Positions 1 to 12,672 of a DNA stretch of 64,000 bases are shown in pieces. Positions within the stretch are counted from its first letter, which is position 1; the number at the start of each line of letters is the position of its first letter. The stretch is from Rhizophagus irregularis. Its lineage: Eukaryota. Both the position numbers and the translations under genes were made by a program. The stretch spans positions 1,736,001-1,800,000 of the forward strand of contig NC_089429.1 of assembly GCF_026210795.1 (NCBI RefSeq), written 5' to 3'. The notes beneath the pieces are model-generated. The model was not told the origin of the DNA. It saw only the letters and a program-made list of their open reading frames with translations, and ran no database searches.

Positions 1-1228
1 ATATAAGAAGTAGCTAATAAAGATGCTACCATGTAAAGATTCTTTGGAATTTTAATTATTTTTGAATTTATCTAATAATTTACATGTCTCACTATTATTA
101 TTCACGATATATAGGTTAAAGTTTCATTTCTTATTTTAAAATTTAATGATGGTAATTTTGTGATTATTTTATTTGATATCTCAATATTTCATGTAAGTCA
201 GTATAAATAATTAAATCTTATTTATATTGTTTATAATATCATATTTATATTATAATTTATTCATTAATTATTGGATAAACTTGAATGGAATCGCAACTTA
301 TCTTATATTATACTAATAGATATAACAACAAAATATCGTATAAATTATAATCAATTAATCGATCAATTATATCTTTGCTCATATAATATCATGTTATTTA
401 AAAATCGATTCCATAAAAAAATAAAGGGATTTTTTTTTTAGTATCTTTTATATTATTAAATTAATGATCACTTTTTCTTTGTATTTTTATTAAATTCATT
501 GTAATCTTTATTTGAATTTTTTAATTGTATATTGCTTGTCATTGTCTCATTGAATTCATTGTATTATTTGAACTTTTTAATCGTGTATTGTTTGTATTGT
601 TTAATTTTTATTATTATTATTAAATTTTTCTTTATACTTTTTTGAATTCATTAAATTTTTTACTCGTGTAATGTATTGTAATAATATAAACTGTTATTTC
701 ATTTAAATTATTGTTATTTATAATTTTATATTTTAAATATATATTTTAAATATATATAAAACTATCTTTTCATTATAAAAAGATCATTATCTATTATAAT
801 ATTATAAAATCATATAACAAATTCATGATTTATATGATAGTTCGCTCAATTTATTTAATACCAAATACATACGTTCCAATTATATTAAAAAGTGTTTATT
901 TAAAAATCGCGAGACAGAAGTAAAAAAAATTGATGACTTTTCTTATACCTACATATGTTTTAGATAATTTTGAAAACAGTTGTGTAAAACAAACACCAAA
1001 TTTATTTTATTCAGAATTAGGGATGGGCAACAGTTCGGTCATGGTCGGTCATAAGTGATGCAGTTGGAACTGTCCCAATGAATTGGCCGGCATATAGTGG
1101 ATTGTGACCACAGTTACGGCAAAACCATGTGAAACTCAATGTGCCGATAATGTTATTAATGCCGTAACTTTTACTGTGGCCAATGACGCCGCCGTAGAGT
1201 ATAAATAGTCTAAGTAGATAGCATAAAA

Positions 1229-1998
1229 TAGAGGTTTGGACCGGTTAAGCTTAACCGGTTAATTAACCGGTTAAAACATTTGTTAACTGGTTACAGCAAA
1301 TTTCAAAATATACGGGACACTTGAGAAATTTGATTGTCGGGTTGTCGGGTAGCCGGGTTACTCGGCAGTAGGTTGTTTATTAGAAAAGTATAAATAACAC
1401 GTGACGAGTATAATGAATAGTAGTATATCAGATTATATAATAACCTACTGCCGGCTACCCGACAACCCGACAATCAAATTTCTCAAGTGTCCCGTATATT
1501 TTGAAATTTGCTGTAAAAAACAATTTTTAACCGGTTAAATTATCCGGTTAAATTATCCGGTTAAATTAATCGGTTAAATTAATCGGTTAAATTAACTGGT
1601 TAAAATACTGAAAAATATTTGTAATTCTGGCCAAATTTACAGTGCCGGCCAGAATTATAAATCACGGGACTTCAGATAAAAGTTTAGCCACCAGGTTAGA
1701 TACTAACGACGAGGTGGTGGAATTTTTGTGTTATATAAAATTCATAATGCGGGCCAAAATTCATAGTGCCGGCCAGACAATTTGGCCTGAATTTCGTCTT
1801 TCAGCTAAAGTTTCGTTTCGATTAGTTAGAGTTTTGATCTGGCCTAATTTTGGCCGGGATTAAAAATATATTTGATGCTAATCCTGGCCGAATTTTAATG
1901 CTGGCTAGGATTGAGTTTTAACCGGTTAATTAACCGGTTAAAGGTTTGGTTAACCGGTTATTAACCGTTAAGACTTTTTGGACCGGTTCCAACCTCTA
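1229..1998. mobile_element. hAT-like MITE nested in the 1018-3601 element
   Basis: TIRs TAGAGGTT(T)GGA / TCCAACCTCTA; perfect 8-bp TSD GCATAAAA (1221-1228, 1999-2006); many AACCGGTT subterminal palindromes. Confidence 0.88.
1294..1513. mobile_element. Tc1/mariner-like MITE (innermost of the nest)
   Basis: ~60-90-bp near-perfect TIRs CAGCAAATTTCAAAATATACGGGACACTTGAG..., flanked by TA on both sides. Confidence 0.88.
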
Positions 1999-2549
1999 GC
2001 ATAAAATAGTTTAATAGTATACATGGCTTAACAGTATAAATTTTTTAAATCTCTCGAATTTGTTATAAAAATTTAAAGTTTCCGTACTGATTTTAGATAA
2101 CTTCTTTGATTATAAATTTCACGGAACAATAATTTTAATAGTAATGAAAGTAATGAAGGAGAAAAAGAATGAATAATTAGAATGATATGATATATTATAA
2201 AGTATAAAATAAAGTATGTAAATATGTTGCACATATACTGTTGTATCAGTTCTTTACGCTTAAAAATATTAAGCAATTTATATGGTTAGGTAGCAGAAGG
2301 TTTATTAGTGTATAATTAATCAATGTATTAAACAATGTATCAAAATTATCCGATCAGACGTGTTGTATAGCGCTGTACGTCGGCATATACTTCCAAACAC
2401 GAATAAAGGATTTCACTTGATTATCACTTTATAATTTTAAAAATAAAACTTTATTTATTCCCTCTTATTACAACAAGAAAATTGACCTATATTTATAATA
2501 AATTATACATATACGAAGAAATTTAATATATTTACTATGTATAATATGA

Positions 2550-2660
2550 CTAACATGTTCAATACGTTGATCATAACCAACATGTTAATTAGGTTCGACA
2601 TGTTAATCATGTTCGGCATATTAATTATGTCCGACATGTTAATCATGTTAAACATTTGCA
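2550..2660. repeat. Degenerate ~21-bp tandem repeat with ACATGT palindromes
   Basis: About five units resembling CATGTTAATCATGTTCGA. Confidence 0.55.
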
Positions 2661-2890
2661 ACATCGATCAATTTCGGAGTGGCACATGACGATCACATGA
2701 CAATACCAGTTACGGCGCATTTACCAGTTCTAATTTGCCGTATCTTAAAGAGTTGTAACTAAGTTGTGTTACGGCTCATCCCAATTTGATCGAGTTCTAA
2801 CTGCATCTCCAGTCAGAGACTCTTTGACCGACCGACATTTGACTGACCGTTCTGACCGGCCTGCTAAAAGTGGGGTTTGTTTTTTATTTA

Positions 2891-3099
2891 CAGCTGATTT
2901 CATAATATACGGGATACTTAGCAAATTTTTAAAGAACTCGGAAATATTTGGTAAAGCTTGATATAAAATAAAAATTATACGCTAATTTTGGAGTACTATT
3001 CCATGAATGGTGGTATAATTTTATCTTATTTTGAACTTTACCGAATATTTTCGAGTTCTTTAAAATTTGCTAAGTATCCCGTATTATGAAATCAGTTTG
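2891..3099. mobile_element. Tc1/mariner-like MITE related to the 1294-1513 MITE
   Basis: ~70-bp TIRs CAGCTGATTTCATAATATACGGGATACTTAGCAAATTTT...; TA at left flank; terminal sequence resembles the 1294 MITE. Confidence 0.78.
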
Positions 3100-4132
3100 A
3101 TATAAACTATTTTATTTTGTTAATAAAATTTTAATTTTATATTGATATAACTAAAATAAATGTAAGAAATGCTTTATCTTAAACTAAAAGGGAGAAATAA
3201 ATAAAATATTAAATAATAATAATAATAACAAATAAGTATTATGAATAGAATAAAAGATCTCTATTAAATAAAACTAAAAAAATGTAACAAAGGCTAAAAT
3301 CGTAATACAGTAAATGATTATGCAATGGAACGATAGGATAGTAAAAAATTATCTAATTCTAATCAATTTTTAAATTGTAGCACAATAAATAAGAAATTAA
3401 AAAATATAACGGTGGAAAATAGTTAAAATTATTTTATTAAATTGTTATGCAGATGACAAACGAAAAATCAAAAAATGCAATAATTAAACCAATAGTAATA
3501 TGACATGAATAACACTTAAAAATCGGTCAAACGGTCAGTCAAACGGTCGGTCAGCCGGTCGGTCAAATGACTGATATCGGTCCGGACCGTTGCCATCCCT
3601 ATTTAGGATTGAAGTTTTTAAGTAAAGATGAATAATATGTGAAATTTCAAAAATCAACAGAAATATGTGGAAGCAGATGTCAAAGGAGAGCAAAATACCG
3701 TATCAACTAAAGGATAATTGTTATTTAGGTCAGTTATCTCATATTACTATGTATTAGCATAATAATAAAATTATTGGATAATAACAGAGTTTATTGAAAA
3801 TTGCATGAACGGTTCTGTCAAACAGATAATATTATTATTGGATGATTTAAACTATATAATAGTTTAATGCGGTACTACCACAGTAAAAAAATTTTAAGTG
3901 GAATTTTTAATCTTATATTTATTTATTTTTTTTTTTTGATTTTTGCTCAACATTAAAACTGACATTTTTAAGCTATTAATTTTGTCTAAAAATAGGATTT
4001 ATAAATATTAAATATGAAATAAGAAAAAAAACTAAAGACTGTTAAAACCACTCCAAGTAATAAATATTGGGAACTAAAATTTTTATATTTTACGGCTTTA
4101 TTTAAAAAGTTAAATCTAAATTATATAAATTT

Positions 4133-5806
4133 CTAATCTATTTCTTTTACAAAATTTATAAAGTCATAAATATCAATGAATAAATCATCATAATTTAGAA
4201 CTTGAATAGAATAAAATTCAAATTCTTCTACTACTTCTTTTAAAGAAAATAAATCTTCATATTTTCCATAAAAGGATTCTAAAATAGATAAATATTTAAC
4301 TCTTTTCCTTTTCACAATATATTCTCTTATATAAGGGAAAATATCTTCATTTTCATTTTTCTTTATATTACTGATTAATAATTTTTTAATAAAAGTATTT
4401 TGAGAATTTTTCAAGAATACTTCAAAATCACTTGTATTAATTGTAAGACTCAAATTCAAATATTCTAAATTAAATGGAAGAATTTGTCCTAAATTTTGTA
4501 ATATAATTGAACTAAAATGATTATCATAACCAACATCAAGGGAATCAATTAAAAGATAATTAAGATTTTGAGAAATATTTTCAATTAAATTAAAAAATAA
4601 ATAAATACTTTGACTATCCATCCAAGTAGGACCCAAAAATTTAATTTTACTACAATATTTTATAATTAATCGTAGTAATTGTTGTGATTCGTAATTTATA
4701 ATTCCAAAATATTCTAAATAACTACCAGATTTTTGTATTAATAATTCTAATGATTCATCAATTTGTAATACTTCATCCAAAAATAAGGATTTTAATCTAA
4801 GTGGTTTAGTAACATTATTAATTTGTTGAATAAATCTAGAATTTAGAGAAAGACAATAAATAATATGAATTGATTCTAAAACATTCAATTGATTAAAAAC
4901 TTCAGTTAAAACAGTTATATTTTTAAAATCAACATAATAAAATATAATTGTGTTTAACGTATTTAAACAATTAGGACTTTGTAATGATAATAGTGAATAG
5001 TGCAAGGGGAAATCATTAAAACCAAGTAAAAGCTTTCTAAGATTTTTTTGAGAATTAATCATTTGCGATAAATGTTTTTCAGTCATTTGATAATTATTGT
5101 TACATGATGTAAATAGAAAATAAAGTGATGAAATTGAATTACAATTTGAGTGAAGAAAGATTAAAAATTTCATTATATTTTCGGTCGTTGTATTAAAATC
5201 TAGTTTAAAATCTTTAATATTACAAATGAATTTTGGATTTTGTAATATTAATTCAAAAATCTCATCAAAAATTTCAAATTCTTTACGTGCGATCATTGTA
5301 ATTTCAAACTTATACAAATTTACTTCATTCTCAATGAACGTTAAAAATAATAATCTACAAATTAATTTTGTAAAGATTAACATTTGTGAGGATAAATTTG
5401 TACTTTGTATGGAAGCTCTGAGATATTGTGATTTAGTTGTTATCATCCCAACAGCTGTAACCCAATTTTCAATAGAATTACTAATTCTTTGTGTATCTAA
5501 ACATTTAATAAAACTAGGATAATTAAATAATATATTTGAAGGGAATAAATCATTACTAATTCCATATTCATTTAATTTTAATTTATCATAATCATTTAAA
5601 TTATGTAAATAAATTTCAATAAAGTGATAATTTTTAGGAAATTTAATTGAAAATGGATCTTCCCATAATAAAGGAATTGCTAAACGACACCATAATCTAC
5701 TAACTAATGCACATGAATGTAACGATTTGTAATCATAACGAAAATATTGTACAACTTCGTTTATTAACTCAGGTAAATCTCCTGAAAATAATTTTGAACA
5801 CGCCAT
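4133..5806 (-). CDS. F-box/LRR(RNI)-like protein, 557 aa, single exon
   Basis: N-terminal F-box-like LPELINEVVQYF..LHSCALVSRLWCRLAIPLLW, followed by LxxLxL repeats; paralogous to four other loci in the window. Confidence 0.9.
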   Translation of the reverse strand: MACSKLFSGDLPELINEVVQYFRYDYKSLHSCALVSRLWCRLAIPLLWEDPFSIKFPKNYHFIEIYLHNLNDYDKLKLNEYGISNDLFPSNILFNYPSFIKCLDTQRISNSIENWVTAVGMITTKSQYLRASIQSTNLSSQMLIFTKLICRLLFLTFIENEVNLYKFEITMIARKEFEIFDEIFELILQNPKFICNIKDFKLDFNTTTENIMKFLIFLHSNCNSISSLYFLFTSCNNNYQMTEKHLSQMINSQKNLRKLLLGFNDFPLHYSLLSLQSPNCLNTLNTIIFYYVDFKNITVLTEVFNQLNVLESIHIIYCLSLNSRFIQQINNVTKPLRLKSLFLDEVLQIDESLELLIQKSGSYLEYFGIINYESQQLLRLIIKYCSKIKFLGPTWMDSQSIYLFFNLIENISQNLNYLLIDSLDVGYDNHFSSIILQNLGQILPFNLEYLNLSLTINTSDFEVFLKNSQNTFIKKLLISNIKKNENEDIFPYIREYIVKRKRVKYLSILESFYGKYEDLFSLKEVVEEFEFYSIQVLNYDDLFIDIYDFINFVKEID

Positions 5807-6509
5807 TATTTTAAGAGAAAAGAGAAAAAGAGAAAGAAGTTCCCGAAATTAAAAGTGAACTTCAAAATATGGTTAATTTATTATCTGAATATCGGGACGG
5901 CAATTCCGTTTGTCGCACAAATTATTTTTGCATATTTGCACATGACGATACATGATCGGCTGTTTCAAAAAAAAAAAATAAAAAAAAAATTTTTTATTGT
6001 GCGACAAATATCGGAATTACCTAAAGTATGATGCTGATCGGAATTGGAACCGACAAAAAACCTTAACGGGCTAAAACCGATATTTAATCCGGATAAAGTT
6101 AACCGATAATTAACCGATCTACGCCTTAACCAACAACTACAATGAGTTTAAAATTTTATTGTATGCCATACAAAATTATTTTAAACTTTATTTTTTTTTT
6201 AAAAAAAAGTATTACTATTGAGTTTTATCATTTTTTGTTTCATATATATATATTTTATGTCATTTATACAAAATGGAGTTACGATATATTAAGTATTATA
6301 TATAGATAAAGAACATTATTTTGTAATTTGAAAAAAAAAATTATTTTAAGTATTTACCGTAATTAAGATATTTATTTTATTAGCAAATTAAATACCTATA
6401 CTATATATGTATTAAATTTCTTTTAATAACAATAACTTTCATGCAAATAAAAATCTATTTGTCATAAAAATCATTTATGAGTAAAAAACTATAAAAATTT
6501 TATTTACAA

Positions 6510-6741
6510 CCCTATAAAAAATGTTTGTCCGATAAATATTCGGAACGGGGCCAATTTTCCGGATACTCGCACGCTATTATACAATATTTGTCACAATTTA
6601 ATACAAGATGCGGAGATTGAGAATTTTTAAAAAAACGTACAAATCATGATGAATGTCCAATAAATATCAGGTAAATATTCGGAACGGAGTTGATTTTCCG
6701 AACAAAAAACCGAACAGTGTTTGGACAATATTTTTATAAGG
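6510..6741. mobile_element. MITE with CC(C/T)TATAAAAA termini
   Basis: TIR CCCTATAAAAAATGTTTGTCCGA / TTGGACAATATTTTTATAAGG; possible 3-bp TSD CAA; internal direct repeat TAAATATTCGGAACGG. Confidence 0.6.
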
Positions 6742-7583
6742 CAAGTAAATGTTAATAACAAGTGAATATTACAATTCGTCACAATTATTATTATTTTACA
6801 ATAAGAGCGAAAGGTAAAAAAAGCTGTTAAAGCCCATTATTTTGATAATAATACTTGGATAAGACAAAGAAATTTTATTCGTCACTAACTTAAAATTGGT
6901 TACAAAATAATAGCTCAAATTATTTAGTTAAAGCTGTAAATATTAATTCTTATTAATTGTAATTAATTTCAATCATGAATTACATTACTCTTCATTTATT
7001 CATAATAATTTTCACTTCCACTATTATTATCTTCCAACTCACTTTCATTATCAATGATATTTTCTAATCAAAATTAAACAATCTTTAGTTCCCCCTATTA
7101 ATTACATTCGAAACCGAATTAAAGATGGTCATTGATCCTAAAAGACCGTGGTCCTACGGTCTTATACCTTAAAAAGACGGACCGGTAAGTCTAGGTGGAG
7201 GACTGCGGTCTTTCAGTCCTGTATCACATACAATAAGACCATCGGCCTTTAAGAACCACAGTCTTTTTAAGACCGATTGATCTTTTTTCTTTTTTTTGCA
7301 AGTAAAAAATTTTTTTTAGCTTTAAATTAAGGCCATACAAACTTGATTTTATGGTTTTCATAATATAAAAATTTCATCAATAACCCGGCAACCCGGCTTT
7401 TAATTTTTTTTTTCAAAAATTTTATATGTGAAATTTTTTTTCAATTTTTAAAAAATTCTCACCCGGCATAGTAACAATATAAAAAATTTTTTTTAAGACC
7501 TAACAAAAACTGACCCGGCCGGACTATGAAAACCATTTTTACCACTTTGTGTCGCCTAACTATTACATAAACCAAAATTTTTT

Positions 7584-7750
7584 CCCTGTAAAAAAAGTCG
7601 ATCCGTTTTTTATATTCCGTCTTTTTTTCCATAAAAGGCTCATATTTAGCCTTATATCACGGAATTTATCAAATTATTGTGAATGGATCCATGAAAGGCT
7701 CATTTCTTACGGAGTTTTTATAGAAATAATGGATAAAATTTTTTATAGGG
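7584..7750. mobile_element. MITE of the same CCCT-ended family
   Basis: CCCTGTAAAAAAA...TTTTTTATAGGG flanked by TTT on both sides; another family end begins at ~7936. Confidence 0.55.
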
Positions 7751-8756
7751 TTTTATTGAATAAAATAAAATAAATTTAATTGTAAAATATTTTTTCACTA
7801 AAATAATCTATAGATTTTTATTCATATCTCTTCTTATATTTTTTGTTTACATAATTTATCATGTATATTGATTACTCTTTAATCACAATCATGTGATATG
7901 TGATGATTACATGATTTATGCAGAATTTTTTGAACCCTATAAAAAATTTTTATCCGTATATTTAAAAAATTCTGTGAAAATAAAATTCCATCCGTTCTAT
8001 AAAAATTCTACTGTCATGTGCGTGATCATATAAATATTGTCACTCACCCATTTTCGTGTAGTACTAAGTACATTTTAAAAGACAAGTGCCGCTATGATTT
8101 TATTAAGTGACTACCATTCTAATTATAACTGAGAAACATTCATCTTTATTAGAATGAATTGATATATTTAATAAATCTTAACATTATTACATAAAAAAAT
8201 ATATTATACAAATCAATCATCTGATATAAATTCCAGATTGTTTTTACATATTTGCAAAATATGCAAATGGAAGCATTTGGATATATTTATTTGAACATTT
8301 AGTAGTAAGTAATAGAAAAATAAAGTATATATAATATTATATATTTTCATTTTATGTTATTATATTTTAACAAATGTGAAAGCTAAAAAATAACATTACT
8401 ATCATTGGATTCCTTTTATTAAGATGAATTTAATAATGGCAAATTTTAATAAAACCTAAAACTGATAAAATAAGAAACTTTTTTTATGATTTTTATATGG
8501 TTAATAAGCAAATCCTAATATAATATATACGCAAATTATTTTTCATTTACATAAGCAATGGTAATACTATATGTAATATATAAGTATAATAAAATATTAA
8601 TATAATTTATTTTTCAATTTGTACTTTACTTACTAATTTCTAATTTTTGAGCATATTAATATATAATTTGTACAGTATTAATTATTATATTTATTGAACT
8701 GTTATTGAATAGGGTTTCCTAAAAAAGCTAGTATTATAAATTTGTTACTTGCTAAG

Positions 8757-10624
8757 CTAAATCTTATTATATGTATAATTAGTTATTATTTCCTCAACAG
8801 GTCTCCACAAAATACGATGAAAGCCAATTACTAAGATAACAAATCCTTTTAACTTATTAGGATCTGATTTAGTTATTTTAACACGTTCATCAAATACCCC
8901 TGAACTGGAATAATTAATGTTTTTTCCTTTTGAAATTGTTTTCATATACAATTTCAATTGGCTTATCCCATTATTTAACACTTCACCTATTTGACCAATA
9001 TACATATGTTCTTTTTAATAAAGATTCTTCATCTTCCTTTTCAAGCATTTTATCAAGAATTTCCAGTTCATTTGCATTAAAATTATTTACCTGATTTTCT
9101 ATTAAGCCAATTAATGAAATACATTTTAATTCTAAACTAATATTATTAACTCCTGTTTTACCTAGAACAAAAATATCTGAAAAACCAAACCGGCCTGATC
9201 CTTTTGGCTTTTTACCATTTATTACTAATGCAAGTTCTGGTATACAATATTTTAATGGCAAAAAGTTTTCTATAATCGCCTGAATTACAGGCTCATTTGT
9301 TGAGGATAGAGACATTCGTGATCTTGTCAATAAAAAGGTTTTCAGAGTTTTAATAAAAGGTATAATATTACCTTCAATAAGACTTTCATATGCTGAAGCA
9401 ATAAGAAATGCATTATCAACAAACTGTCTATATACTACATTATTTTTATTTTCCTCTAAAATTTGGCATTGTTTTTTCCAGTGTTCTAGTAAATAAAATT
9501 AAAATATAGTAATTTAATGTATTATTAAATATAATTAATTATAATTTAATAAAAAGTGATGACTTACCACTTTCTATATCAGCATCATCTCTTACTCTTT
9601 TCAGTTCATCTCTTTGTTTAACTTGATGAGTAATTTTTTCAATCCATTTTTTATTAAAAACAGATTCTAATACTTCACCTAAATAACAAATCTCACTTCC
9701 AGCCTCATTATATGTATAACAATTATGAAATATTAGACGAATATCTTTTTCAAATCCTTCTAAACTTTTGTATTGATTATTTTTTAATTTTAAATTTATA
9801 GTAGATAAATCCATTGGATGCTTTATAATCATATCTTTCTTTTTAATACATTTAAATGGAAGAGCACAAGTTTTATTTTCAAGTTCATGAAGAATATCAT
9901 AACAAAAATTAATAAGTTCAATATCCTTTTGTTGAGATGTTTTAGAAAAATCTTTAGCAGAAACCTTGGAACAAGAAGCAATAGTAGGGACTAGATTTCT
10001 TTTTCATATTCTTTGATAATTTCTTGCCAGAATGATTGTAATATTTTCCTATGTTGTAAACGTTCTGTATTTACCTAATAAGAAGCATATGTTAATAGTG
10101 TGCCAAATTTTTATTTAATGGTGAAAGAAGGTACATAGCCAATTCCTCCTCCAGAATTAGCAGACTTTACCAATGACAAAATTAGGATGCCTGAATTGAA
10201 AACTTGGGTTGGTTACCAAGCGAACAAATCCAGTAATTCTCCTAAGTCAAACCAGGATGTATTCCTCGACTCGCTTAGGAGTTACCCCAACTTTGCAAAA
10301 TAAAAATAATTACACACCTTCTCTTTTAAGACCTCCTGATCAAAATTCAACTTTTCTGATTCTTCCAAAAAGTGAGTAGCCCAAGCATTGTCAAGATTTT
10401 TCCAGTTATTTGAGAATGTTGAAGTAACAATAATATTATGATATAAATCCAAAAATCCACGATATGATGATTTACTACCTCGCTCCTTTAAGTAAGAAAT
10501 AAGTTCTTAAAGGTTAAAAGATTGATTAATAGCTGATATTACAAGTCAAGTCAAAATATTACAAGTCATAATACTATTTATGGGAATTACCATTTTGGCC
10601 AGGATAGTTCTTTGATATACTCAT
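8757..10624 (-). pseudogene. Multi-exon bromodomain + PD-(D/E)XK-like nuclease fusion gene with two frameshifts
   Basis: GT-AG spliced model MSISKNYPGQN|ELISYLKERG...; bromodomain (IKHPMDLSTI..KL..Y.....F.KDIRLIFHNCYTYN) at ~9640-9900; C-terminal NE..Q...E...GRFGFSDIF...SLELK motif; frameshifts at ~9995 (A-run) and ~9000. Confidence 0.72.
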
Positions 10625-10638
10625 ATTGAAAAATCTTT

Positions 10639-10789
10639 CCAATAAATTCACAAAATTAATAAATTGTTAAAAAAATAGTAATATAAATTGTTAGGAAAAT
10701 GACAAAAGGAAATATAATATTTAAGAGAGATAACCAATAAATTCACAAAATTAATAAATTGTTGAGAAAATAGTAATATAAATTGTTAG
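10639..10789 (+). repeat. ~55-bp direct duplication just upstream of the bromodomain gene
   Basis: CCAATAAATTCACAAAATTAATAAATTGTT..AAAATAGTAATATAAATTGTTAG at ~10639 and ~10734. Confidence 0.8.
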
Positions 10790-11499
10790 ATATGTATAAA
10801 TATTTAAAGATAAACAAATATTTTTAGATAAACAAATATTTCATACAGTATATGGGGGAAGGTATCTTAAATATAAAAAAAATATCCTGTAGATAGTATG
10901 ACTTGGATTGACGTATTGACATGATTAATCAGTCACAAACATCAATAGTTAATATGATGAAAAAAGTGTATGCATTAGTCATAATGTTTATTAATCTAAT
11001 TAATAGAATATTGGGTTTATGTTATATCATTATGACTAAATTAAACAATATCTCAACCCTTTTTCCGTCAAAATTCGATCAGATGCATTCATTTCATCAT
11101 TCGGATAATTATTTGTATAATAAATCTAAATTAAGATTACAACTAAGAAGCATAAATTTATGATGTATTACTCATAATTATGAAACGTTGTAATAGAAAA
11201 TGTTTAAATCTATCAAATGTTACATATTAAAACACATTGATTTTATTAAATATTATGCATTAGACATTTTATGATTCTTAATTTTCTTTTTTTTATATTA
11301 GTTTGTTAAATTATGATTCTAATTTATGCAATGTGAGCCATATTTATCTAATAAAATTTAACTTTTTTTATTATATGCAGTTTATAATTTTTTGTAATAA
11401 TGGGTGATTAACAAATGTATTAAACTTTCATAAATGTGAGTCATTATTTCATATAAGGAAAATTTTTACAACCAGTGATTTTTGTCATATTGCATGATA

Positions 11500-12672
11500 G
11501 AGAATGAGTTCAATAACGTACAATTGTCGTTCCACCCAATGCTTTATTTTATCCCAATCATTTTTGCGTATAAGAATCCATCATTATATACAGGAGCAGC
11601 CAAATTTCTAAGTTCGTGCCATTTTTTACAAGCTTGTAAAAGATCCATCTAAAATAAAGGAAAAAAGTTATCAAGAGACCAAATTTACTCGACTTTTCTA
11701 ACCACAAATCTTTACTTCTTGGCTAAATAAATTGGAAATAAGCGGCTCAATTTCGTAATGATAGGTATTCCTGACCACTCCAGGTCTTCTTTTAATTAAC
11801 TCGGTCCACTGCCTATTATTAAATTGACCTTTTATTTTTGAAGAATGCGAAAGATTTATAATAAAACTGTGGGCTGGGCTAAAAAAATATAAGCAGAAAA
11901 TTAGTAGCAGTAAAGATATCGTTGACCAATTACAAAGACTTACTAGGTTGTTTCTTTTGCGCAATATTTCTTCAAAAGAGGTAATAAGAAAGATGAATCT
12001 AAGTAAGATTCGTTTGATGACACATAGATGAATATGGTCTAGATTCGGCTCTTTCTATGTCTTCATCGCCTTCATCATCGTCCTCCCGCTCTTTAATTGA
12101 GAATTATTTATAAAACGAGTGCTAAGGGTTTGTTGAATGGGTTCTTGTACCTACGTAAATGTTTCGCGATCAATCACATATTTAACTTACTCTCCAATTG
12201 TCATTTTCGCGGTTTTTTCATTGCCCTTCTTACTTACGACTGAGTTCAATTCTCTATGAATTTCTGTATTCGTTCTGATAGACCTCGTCACGAATCAATT
12301 TCCGTCAAAAATACACAATGATTAATGGCGAATCTTTTGAAGGCTTATGGTTAAAACATGCCACTCTTTTCTCTATTAGCCATACATTCCAATCCGAATC
12401 ACACTATTCCATGAAAAAACTAGATGTTAAAGTACTATTATTTTTCAATACACTTTAAGCAAAAACATTTAAACGCAAACATTGGTGGTTTTTTTGACGT
12501 TTTCTAGTTTCGATACTTTATCCAGGTCTTCACATAAGCCGATAATTTGCTCAAGAGTTTTTCCATAATTTTCGATCGCGTGTTGGTTGTATAAAACGAT
12601 TGGTGTTGGATTGTTGCACGAGATCATCCAATCAATGTTTCGTTGTTTTTTTGTTACGCGTGAAGATGACAT
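11500..12672 (-). pseudogene. Probable degraded multi-exon gene of unknown function
   Basis: GC-richer coding-like blocks (ORFs 12469-12672, 11698-11964) separated by GT..AG intron-like gaps; internal stops; no domain recognised. Confidence 0.35.

Larger units (their letters stand above)
1018..3601. mobile_element. Non-autonomous hAT-like DNA transposon (outer element of a nest)
   Basis: TIRs TAGGGATGG(G)CAAC at 1018 and GTTGCCATCCCTA ending 3601; degenerate 8-bp TSD TTCAGAAT/TTTAGGAT (2 transitions); subterminal CGGTC/GACCG motif clusters; no transposase ORF. Confidence 0.75.

Noticed and set aside
5226..5522. Antisense ORF in an F-box gene, and similar short ORFs (24683, 24905, 26307, 26698, 20817, 60622, 60675)
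   Set aside because: Shadow or low-complexity ORFs within genes or repeats, with no motifs
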